Shown: piece by piece, positions 13,401 to 25,400 of the stretch | How positions within the stretch are numbered: the stretch's first letter is position 1 | How the letters are laid out: the number at the start of each line of letters is the position of its first letter | Source: Owenia fusiformis | Lineage: Eukaryota | Direction of reading: 5' to 3' | DNA: 64,000 nucleotides | Assembly: GCA_903813345.2 (NCBI GenBank) | Contig: CAIIXF020000001.1 | Span: 4,402,001 to 4,466,000 of the forward strand | The notes under the pieces: model-generated | What the model was told of the DNA's origin: nothing | The model's input: the letters and a program-made list of their open reading frames with translations, nothing else | Databases searched by the model: none | Program-made: the position numbers and the translations under genes

Positions 13401-16400
13401 TTAGATCCTAGGATAAGCTCTAATCTTAGGGCTTTGATTTTTTGTGATATCATATATTTGCCTAGCAACCACATAGCAACCACCAAAAATAACATATTTT
13501 ACAATATAAATCCATTTAATATATGCTAGGATGCTATAAGACCATTACAAAAAAAGTATTCTTATCCTAAAATACAACAATTTTAACATATTTACAGAAG
13601 TGACATGACCATGTTGCATAGCAACAACATGGCAACAGGTTACTGCCCATTTTGACATTTGCAGACCATATATTTATTATATGTTCACTGCTTTTGGATC
13701 TCTTCCACATTATTTCTTAACATATAGCAAATATATTGATGCAGTTATGTCTGACCATTTTCCCTAGCAATGGCTTGAAATAAAGATTAAATTTGCCCAG
13801 CAACGACCTAGCAACATCTTAAATTACCAATGTTTCTCATAAGAATTTCACTATATATCCACTATATGTACTTGAAGAAAATCAATATATATGTCTTTTG
13901 TAATTTATAAAGCTTTATAGTTGCTCACTTAAAATTCTTTAGTCTCTTGTGTAAAGCATGATGGGACATTTCTTGTCTTACATATATCAAATTGCAATTC
14001 ATGTTTCAGTTCTGAGATAAAGTTCTGAGAAATATTCATCACATTGATACTAGATACATTTTCAGCAATGATACCCCTAAGATAATACTTTATTTTGGTG
14101 AATTGCATCAATTTCCTTTGCAGGTGCATAGTTCGATGCAGTAGAATGCACCATGGCATTTGCAGTTCCCTTTGCAGTCACATTTGGTACATCCACATTT
14201 AATTATGACTTTACATGCTTTGGATGCTTGGGCAATATTGTCCAAGGGCACCCACAATCCTGATGGACTCCTCATACCCACAGGCTTGGTGAAGAAAGAA
14301 CTGGATCCACTATATACCACTGCCCCGATACATATGCTTCTTGTCAAAAGGGCACCTGTAAGATCATTACATAAGTTCCATTGTCACCTTGCTATGATGG
14401 TAAAATCCAGATGTGGTATCAGTTCCAGAAAGGGCGTGGAACATTGGCAGCGCACTTGATCTTTGTGGTCCTAGTGCTCAAGCAAATTCATAAATTGGAA
14501 TGTAGTGTTAGTTTTGCCTTTTGAAAATGCTACATAGATCTCAATCTGTAGATCAGAGGCACAGGCTATTAGGCTATCACAACATTACTGTCCTCCGATC
14601 TTATCATAAATGTCCTGTAACTTTTTCTGACACCATGAGACACATCCAAAAACATACATGTATGTGTATCTGCCTCTTCCTGGGAGCAGGGACTATTTTG
14701 GCATAATTAGCAGGATTACTGATGCACTCTCCTTCAATGGTTGAGACAAAGATTCTATCGTCTGCCATAATATGTCTTGTAACAGTTGCTAGTAGTGCAA
14801 AGAACTCTATCTTGTTGTCATTGTTTCTAAGAAATTCTATCCTAACACCAAACTACCAAGCAATTGGCAAGACTTTCTTGAAAGATACAGCTTTTTGCAC
14901 AATTCCTACATCCTTCAGCATCTCAAGTGGTAAAACTTGAAACTTTGAAATTAATGACTTGTATGTTTCAGCAAAGCCCAGATAGGATTTTAAGCTTTTA
15001 ACAAGTATTACCTTGACCTAATGATTTAATCAGTAAAATATGGTGTCTTGATTTAAAATCTATATATTAGTATTTTGAACATGCCCTGCTGGGATACATA
15101 AAACCCATATGCTGGGTTCAGTGGAATATTACTATCCAAATGTGGAAAATTAACAATGTCATGAGGCAGATACATATATGTTTTTACATGTGTCTCATGG
15201 TGTCGGAAAAGGTTGCAGGACATTTATGATAAGATCAGTGGACAGTAATGTTCTTGTGATAGCCTTAGCCTGTGCCTCTGAGTTACAGATTGAGGTCTAT
15301 GTAGCATTTCAAAATGCAAAACATATCGCTACATTCCAGTTCATGAGATTGCTAGAGCACTACGACCACAAAGATCATGTGGGCTGCCAATGTTCCAGAC
15401 CCATACTGGAACTAATACCACATCGGGACTTTACCATCAGAGCAAGGTGACAGTTTTCAAGCAATGGAACTTATGTAATGATCTAACAGGTGTCCTCTAG
15501 CAGATTGCCCATCAACCGTAACAACAGAAGTTATGGGCACAATTGAGAGGTTCATCATCCTGGTTTACCAGCCTACAAACAGTGAGACAAATCTCATGCA
15601 CAGGCACATCTTCACTCATGACAGATCGATCCCGATAGAGTACCTCCAAAATGCGATGCAGCACTCTATCAGGGTATGCGAGTAGCTCTCCAAGGACCAC
15701 ATGTATGGGGGTAATGGTATATAGTGGATCCAGTTCTTCCTTCACCAAACCTATGGGGATGGTTCAGGAGCACATCAGGATTGTGCGTACCCAGATGGAC
15801 AATACTGTCGCAAGCATCCGAGGCATGTAAAGTCATAATTAAATGTGGAACTGCAAATGCCATGGTGCATTCTACTGCACCGAAACTATGCAACTGCAAA
15901 GGAAATTGTAGGAATTAACCCAAATAAAGTATTATCTTAGGGGTATCAATGCTGAAAATGTAACAAGGATAAATACGATGAATATTTTGTGTTTACTTTA
16001 TCTCAGAACTGAAACATGAATTGCAGGACTCTTGCAATTTGATAAACATAAGACAGGAAATGTCCCATCATGCTTTACACAAGAGACTACAGATTTTTTT
16101 GAGTGTGCAGCAACAAAGCTTTATAAATTAAAAGACATATATATTAATTTTCTTCAAGCACATAACAGTGGATAAATAGTGAGATTTTTATGAGAAACAC
16201 TGCTATTTTAACCTGTTGCTAGGTCATTGCTAACCATTATTAACCATTATTTCAAGCCGTTGCTAGGAAGTTGCTAGGGAAAATAGTCAGGCATAACTGC
16301 ATCATTTATGCTTAAATACAATTTTTGTATGTTAAGAAATAATATGGAAGGGATCCAAAGGCATACAAGTGAGTATATAATAGGAATATGGTGTGCAAAT

Positions 16401-19400
16401 GTCAAAATGGGCATTGTCACCTGTTGCCATGTTGTTGCTATGCAACATGGTCATGTCACTTCTGTAAATATGTTAAAATTGTTGTATTTTAGGAAAGGAA
16501 GACTTTTTGTAATGGTTTTAGAGCATTCTAGCATATATTAAGTGGATTCATATTGTAAAATATGTTATTTTAGATGGTTGCTATGTGGTTGCTAGGCAAA
16601 TATATGATTTCACAAAAGATCAAACCCCTCAGATTAGAGCTTATCTTAGGGTCCAACTTTATGCCAAGTTTGGTTGCTCAACTTCCATTCTCCATTGGTG
16701 AATTATAGTGAGATAAGGAGTTTGAAATTTGAATTTTCTGTTAAGATTGTGTTAAAAAGCAGTAATAATGGGTATCCTCTGTATTCTCAATTATTTTTCT
16801 AAAAAGGGCTTTATAAAAAGGGCCCTGTCTCTAAAATGTCTTGAAATACATAGAACAATAAGAAAAAACTCCAAAACGAACTTTAGTATGAAAACGCAAG
16901 GTCCCTATGGGGGCCTTGCACCAATTGATTCCACTATATTAGATTCTTGCAATTAAAAAGAAGTTGCTTTTTTAGATACAGAAGCTTCACTGTAGTAGAT
17001 ATTTATAATTTCCTTTTTTGGGGAGGAGTATTGGGTCAAGAGGGTGCTTTCATATCTTCAGAAAATTTAAAGAGCTCTTTCAATGAGTTCATAAAAAGGT
17101 TTTCCATATTTTTTTTGGGGGGGGGGTTGGTTGCCAGAGGGGAAGGGAGGGATATAGGAGTGGTATAGGGTGTCCCCCTCTCCAGAAAATTTAACCATCT
17201 TAAGTTGCATTTTCAATTTCAAATTAACTCATTTTAGAATCCATCCATTGTTGTTCTACCCACAACACTGGTGATCCACTCGATTACGCTGGTTACCAAA
17301 ACGAACCGTTTTTCTCGTTTCCTTATTATCCCATCAAACGAAGTTCGGAGGGATATAGGGAACGCCTCCTTCCGTCCGTCCGTACGTCCGTCCGTACGTC
17401 CGTCCGTCCGTCCGGGCAATAACTCAAATACCGTTTGCCCAATTTTATTCATATTTTGTACACATATACCCTATGGGGGTAGAAGTTCTGCTCGAAAGCC
17501 GATTTTCAAAATGGCCACTCATTTAAAAATGGCGGCCATTTTTGTGCCGATTTTACAGTAATTTAGGTGCAATATGTAAAACTGTAATAGCAATATGTTT
17601 TAAATGTAAAAAAATTATATAGGACATTAATAAAGCTAGAAATGTAGATATTAAAGAAGCACATGGCAGCCATCTTGAAAAATGGCGGCCTTTACTCGTT
17701 ATTTCACGATTTTTGCTGTTACTCGAAAAGTAGTGGAGCGATTTTGTTCATATTTGGTATGTGAATACTATAGGCATGGCACACTGTCTAATGACACTTT
17801 TGGTAGAAGGTGGCCATTTTGAAAAATGGCTGACATTTTGAAAAATGGCCGCCATTTTAACTTATTTTACTAAAACTCGAAAAGTAGTGGAGCGATTTTG
17901 TTCATATTTGGTACGTAAATACGTATCAGCATGGCACACTGTCTAATGACACTTTTGGTAGAAGGCGGTCATTTTTCAAAATGGCCGCCATTTTAACGTG
18001 TTCATATTTGGTATGTGAATATTATAAGCATGGCACACTGTCTAATGACACTTTTGGTAGAAGGTGCCCGTTTTGAAAAATGTTCGATGGGATTCGCTAC
18101 GCTTTGGCGTTGCCGTTGTTCTGGTTTTACACGCTGTAGGCAGAATTCCCACGACATTTTTTAACACAAACGTGTATCAGTATCATATGTTTAAGAAATT
18201 GTACATATTTGGGAACAAATAGTTCAGAAGACAACGGAATTGTCGATTTACTTCCTCACTTAAGTTGCATAAACGGTTTCGGTTAATAGTGCAGATCTTA
18301 ACTGTTTTTCGAAAAACCGTTTATGTAACTTAAGTGAGGAAGTAAATCGACGATTCTGTTGTCTTCTGAGCTATTTTTTCGCAAACATGTACATTTTCTA
18401 AAACATATGATACTGATGAACGTTCTGAGAAAAAACGTCGTGGGGATTCTGCCTACAACGCGTGAAATAAGGAAAAAATAAAAATCGTGCCTTCGACGTT
18501 CCGACATTTTGTTACCAAAACAAACCGTTTTAGTAACCAGCGTAATCGAGTGGATCACTAGTGCACAAGTGTAAAATATTATAAAGTCAAGTATATTTAC
18601 TTGTACGCATGTAGTGACATCTATATTTATGCCATAAACTATTTTACTTGCTTTGTTATTTCACTAAGCATTTCATTGTTATTCAAACACTTAGATGTCA
18701 CTACCTAAATGGTGAACATACATGTACATATATACCATTTTTATGATATGAAGATAAATCTATACATGGATATTTAGACAACTACATGTCAACTGGTCCC
18801 TAATTTTAACCAATGAAATACTGCCAGCTAGATTGTATACACTTAGCATTTAATAAATGTTATTTTAAAAGTTTGACAGAAATTCTTATTCTTATGGATA
18901 CACACTTCCAAGAAGAAATTTCATTTGATCCACTCATTAGAGTTTTCCAAATAATTTCATGTGTTGCAGGTCCAGTTATGAACGTGATGGATTTAGACTC
19001 CCTAGAGGCTGCTAGTATTCCAGATACCCCTAGTCCAGTACCCACACCCAGTAAGAGATCACACGCACAGAAAAATAAACCAAGTCCAAAAATGATTCTT
19101 GAAAAAGATTCCACATTCAATAAGCACACAAAGGATAAAACGAAACACAAGAGTAATTTAAAAGATAATGATATAATTAAATCAAAAGATAAAGACAAAG
19201 CGAGAGACAAATCAAAAGAAGCAACGACTAGTCTGTTCTACAGTATGGGACTACAGAGTGTCGATGATTTACTGGGTAGTGTAGACTCTGAGAAACAGAT
19301 TCAGAGTGAAATGTCTGATATCCAAACAGTGCCAAGTGAAGTGCAATCTAGTTATAAATATGACAGTGATTTCGAGACTGATGCGCGAACAATGACACCA

Positions 19401-22400
19401 ATGTCCATCAGATCAGGTGCACGAACCCAGAGCAGGCTCTCTGAGATATACACTGAGGATTTTGAGTCTGAACCCAGCGGGTCAAAATCACCTGTTAGCT
19501 CTGTGAGTGACCGCACTATGACAGAAGTTGATGAGACAGTTAGCGTTACATCCAGTGTGACGTTGCCTGATACTGGCAGTCCTCGCCCTGGAACGAAGAT
19601 GTCTGAATACACAGATGAGTTTCACTCTGATATCAGTGAAAGTGTTGCGTCTAATTCTGATAAACATACCAGTTATTCTCAATCGAGTTATTCATCATCT
19701 TCGCTGTCAAAGAGTGAGAGGTTAGTTTTTATAGATATTTTTTGTATTTTATTGTTTATTATTAGTCTTGAAATACATTTTATTTCATATTTGTGAAACA
19801 TTGTATAAATGGAATTAATATGTAATATGTATGAGATTTATATATAAATGTAAATGTGGTCCTCATTTAATTTGATAAAATTCATCCAATGAACAAAAAA
19901 CGTTTCCTTTCAACCCTCTTTCAACTTGTGGAAAAGAAAAAATCACAAAGGGACATATTTGTATGTATGATTTATGTGGTAGCTGCTCAAGATCAGTGAT
20001 AGCCAGATAGGTTTATAGTGATAGGTTTTGACTAAATACTATAGGTTCAACATTTTGAGAAAATTGAAAGAAAACATTCTGTGTTAACAAAACCACTGTA
20101 TCTATAGCCAGAAAGTAATCATAGTGAAAGATATTACTGTCTAAAATCACTTACCATACCTCACATGGACCCCTTCTCATTAATTGTATTCATTGGTGCG
20201 CTATTATTCACCCTGTGTTTTGTTTTATTATCAAACATCAAGTAATTTGATTCTAATTTGCAAAAATCAGTTTTGGAAATGTTCATATTTTACAGAACTC
20301 CTCCAAAGAAAAGAAAAGATGAAAAGGAGACTTCTAAGAAGAAGAAAGCTGCTAAATCACGTACAGTTGAGGTACAAACAGGGGCAGATATTGCATTATC
20401 TTACCAATGGGATCCCACCCAGGGGCAGTCAGCGTACATGGGGGACAGATATGGTCTGCAGTATGTAGATCCCACCCCTATAGCCAGACAGGCTGTCAAT
20501 GCCGATGCATTAGAAGGTAGGTCATTTATATGTGACTGGGTGTATAAGGTCTGTGGTTGGCAAAAATGAAAACAACTAGAAGTATTTAAAATGTACAAAA
20601 CCATATTTTCATGAAATAAGTCTCTGTATTCCATACCTACTGAGGTTTTAGGTATAAAACAAGATATATAGTGTATCTAGGGGGTTGTCGCCAAGGCCCG
20701 GGTCTGGGATGGATTATACGCTGTATCCATCCAGGTCCCGCTCCTGAAAAGCGAACTCAGTTTATGTTTTACTCAATTTACAAAATAAAGATTATATTTC
20801 AAATATTATGCTGTAAATTTTAAATTTTAAATCAATTCATTGATCTGCCCCAGCAATAAACTTTATGCCAGTTAATTTGAAAAAAAAAAACCTTTTACTA
20901 TTGCTCTCGATTAAAAACAATTTTTCACCGTTTGTATGGGTTTTTCAAATATTTTGTTAAAATTTTGCAAAGTGCAACAAATTGCACTAAAACGCCATTT
21001 CTAGATGTGAACCAATCGAAATTGTGTATTCCGAGATCTTATTTTTAAATATGGTGATATCATGAAATTATGACCTGAACTGAACAGGCTTCAATTTTTC
21101 CTAAACAGTCATAATTTGCAATACTAGGGTATAACTACCTTAATTAGCCATCCCTTTTTTAGCAAACTGATTTTGGAAATTTCACTGCTCTGAAAATCCA
21201 AGAGTCATAGGAAAACTTGAATTCAGCAGACAACATCTGGAAAATATCGATCAAATCATATTTGTAAAAACCACGAAATTATCCATACAATGAGTTAGGG
21301 AGAGAGAAACAGATCAAATATATTGATTTTGTTTTAGAAAAATTATCATTGAGAAGGGTATTCCCCTTGGTTTCTGATTCTATCTCATCAAACTTGATGT
21401 TATTTATTTATATCGATTATCTATTGTAAGGTCTGAAGAGGTCATGTCCAGAAACTTCAAGTCATAAAATTTGCTATTGTTTCATTCTAGGTACGTGAAC
21501 TTCAAATATGAAGGTCACAATTTAAAAATGATAAGCCTATGTATGTAAGTGCTGTAGATTCAATTTTTTATCAAATGATTTGATTCAAGAATGTGGCCTT
21601 TTAATTGAAATTGATTACAGCTAACATGTTAACAAGACAATGCATGTACTCTGTACAATATGTTCTTTCACTCGAGTCTGAAATATAGACAATTTTTATT
21701 TATTTATTTTATTAAAATATCTAGAGTTTCGAAATTCACTGTAACTGACTGTCAAAAATTCTAGAGATGCTAATATTTTAAAAGCATACTTAAAGTTAAC
21801 CTTTTCAAGACAAGTGGTTTCACATCTTTACTCTCCGAGACATTAATGGATCAAGACATTAAGAAGTACATGCACAAGTGGAATCTGAACAACAGAGTAA
21901 CTTAAAGTGTAATACCATTTAGAATCAATATAAAATAATTGTGCCAATGATCAAGAAATTAATATCTATGAATATTTGTTTTTCAGAGCAGTGAAATTAA
22001 AAAAAAAAGTTACTAATTAAACACTTTTATGGTTAATAAAATTATAAGTAGAGGTTAGAGACACCTGGGAACAATTTTCTTTATTTTTAGGTGCTAAAAT
22101 TACTTGAATAATCTTAGTTATGAAATCACTACACGTTGTATGTCCTTTTCATTAGATATTGCATTTTGATATATATACCCTCTTTGGCTTTTTGAAAGAG
22201 ACCCTCTCAATATTTGGCATTTTAGCCATGGAGCCAATACACCAGATGCGAGTAGAAATAATCTTGATTTACTTCATTAAAAATTAAAAATTCTGTCAAA
22301 ATGGTGTCATATTTCGAATCTACATGTAAAATTACATCTAGAAATGTGGTTTTGAAAAGAGATTATCAACTTTGAAAATTTAATTTTCTATGAAAATGTG

Positions 22401-25400
22401 ACTTCTAGGTCGGGGAGATTCCCCGTTGACCCCATGTTGTAAAATCACAAAAAGTGAAATATCTTTCCTTGTGTTGGGCAGGTAATATTTTCTTTTAGTG
22501 GACATATTTTAATTTGTATAACTATCAGATACATATGGGTAATATGAAAAGTGGACCACTAAAACTGGTAATTATTCAAGTTTAAGGGAACTTTGTAATA
22601 CCCTGCCATGTTACTTCCCCCGAATCAGCCACCTGGTGGAGAAAGTGGTAACTACCCACTCGCATCTGAGTTATTTTGGAATGTAATGGCCATATTGAGG
22701 AAGTGATGAGCTTAATATCTTTCTTGCTAATTCTGTGGTATTGAATTTCTTAGTTTTTCTGACCTTTTCTTGAACTCTGTATTATTACTTGTTCTATTGA
22801 CTAGAATCCTAATGCCACGTTTTTTGTCATACATATTTTTCTTTTTTGGGACTTCAGTATCGATTTTATGATTAATGTACAACTAGGTCCAGTTTCGAAT
22901 GATGACATTATCAGTTAAGATAATTTATTGGGGTTTAGGTGTATATATTCTTTACATATTATACCTTGTACTCTCTTTAATTAGTTAAGGATCCCACCAA
23001 ATGAAGTTATAAGATGGATAAAGTGAAACTGTCCATCTGTCTGTCAGTCAGTTTTAGACGTAACCAAAAGCTTTAAGACTACTACCACATGAAATCTCCT
23101 GTTCAAGACCAAGAATTTAGCATGCTCATAATGCATTGTGTGTGTACCACACTATTATTGTTACCTTATATAGTTTTATATATATTTTTGTATGTTTAGT
23201 TTAGTTGGTGTTTTTTGTAGTTTACCATAGTTCTGACTAATGTAATCATGTTATGATACTATATGTTAGTAAAAGTTATAATAAGACCTCAATGCTAAAC
23301 AATTGTGAAAAAGTTTTGCCTGTGAAATATGAATGTACTTTTCCATTTGAACAAATAGCGTCTTCGAAAATATTTTTTGAACCCAAAGATGCACGGCCTT
23401 AGCCCCAGCATTCAGAAATCCCCAAGTGGGTGTACCTCGAGGGGTTCACTGTATATAAAACTCGACGGGGGTCCTAGGCTGAATCCTCAGATATCAATTT
23501 ATTCCCATACCAAAATGTCAAATTTGAATGTGTTCCCATACCAACCGATATAGTGCCCAAAAGCCATCCAAAATGCCCAAATATGAAACCAATGCCATAC
23601 CAAATGTCAAGATATAGGACCAATGCCATACCAATGCCATGACTGGTCCAAAGTAGAATATTTCCTGGGGGAAAAGCTATTTATTTAAACTGAAGAAGGT
23701 CCCAAGAAGAAGGCGATCTTTGAGGAAAACGAACCAAAACAACCTCATATTAGGATATGTGTAACTACTAGACTAATTCCATACCATAATTGTGAGATAA
23801 CATATTTTCCATGACCATTCTCATACCAGAAAGTTGAAAAATCTGACCATTTCCATCTCTCAAAAGTTTAATGAGGGGGCATTCTCATACCACATCCTAA
23901 AATTTGGGTCCATTGCCATACCAAATGTCCAAAAAGGTACCCCATGTGCGCCGAGGATCCCCGTCAAGGTTTATATACAGTGAACCCCCCGGGGGGTGTA
24001 CCAACTCAAAATATAGCCCTACGCCCATGGATAGTAGATCACAAAACAACTTTTTTTGTTGAGATATATCCAAATTGCCATTTCCAAGTTGATTTGAAAG
24101 TAAAGTTTTATTATACTTTGAAAATGCGCTTTATTGTTGGCATCCTATGTTTGGTGGCCTTGGGTAGTCGTCACATAAAGCTTGACATTAAAATTCTTTG
24201 AGAACTGCTGATCCCTTCAACTTGAAATTTTACAGATGCAAGAGCAGACTAGTGTGACGATCTGATTAGGTTTTGGGCATACTGTGTAAATTACATCGTG
24301 GTCATTTTGCTCTTCAAAGTGTAATATTTTATCGCTGTTTGTCTTGTTAGAAAATGAAATTATAACAAATAGTAAATCTAGATTATATCTGAGGATTTTT
24401 ATTCAATTAAAATATATAATAATGTAAATTACTATAATTTAATATAAATTAGTGTAATTTAATATAAATTAGTTAAGTTTAATATAAATTAGTAAATAAT
24501 TTATACAATTAGTATAATAGAAAAAAGTATAATCGTGAATAATATTATAATATTAATATCAACAATATTCATATAATACCTATAATGATGTACATTTATT
24601 AGTATATTCTAAACTATTTGATTATCAAATGAGCATTATAATACATTACATTGATAATTATAAAATGAATGAAATTTCATACAGCATATATTTCCAGTAT
24701 ATTTGTGTTAATAAATAATTAACTGTGTATATATATATGTATAAAACTCCATGTTTATTTTATACATCTGCATAGAATACAAATTATCTATTTATTTACA
24801 TTTCTATATATATGTTATATTAACATACAGAATTATCTAATAATTAAATTATAAGTGTTCATAAATAGTGTTCATTATAAGTGTTCATAAATAGTGTTCA
24901 TTATAAGTGTTCATAGTGTTATATTATATTGATACAGATAAAACAACTATAAGTGTTCATAAAAAACTGATATGTTACAAGCTGACAATCTATCATCAAA
25001 TACTAGATGATAGAAAGATCATATTTTAGATGAATACCATCTACTTAATATTCTATTGACGATACTGTCAATGTGTTTTAAATATAGACCTAAGTCTTAT
25101 TTGTTTCCCATCTCAGTAAACAAGATCTCATGGAAATAAGCAACTTTCTTTGTGTCTCTAAGGATGATATAATCGCGATTGCGTCGCTGAGCTATATCAA
25201 CAATATCTCTGTACTCGACTGACATCACATCTCTCGTCACGTGTCTGCCTAGGACAACTTCTTGGTGTCTCAGCTCTAAGTCGATGTTACACATCAGGCT
25301 GTATAATTTTTTCTCGATGGTCTCGACTTCCGTCTTGAACTCTCCATACTCCTTTGTGATTTCATCCAGGCGGACTTGTTCCATATGTACGGCCGCAAGT

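Noticed and set aside
17234-17561. ORFs with RPSV/GRTD repeats (also 58523-58838)
   Set aside because: Translations of the (CCGT)n microsatellite in the Helentron-type element.
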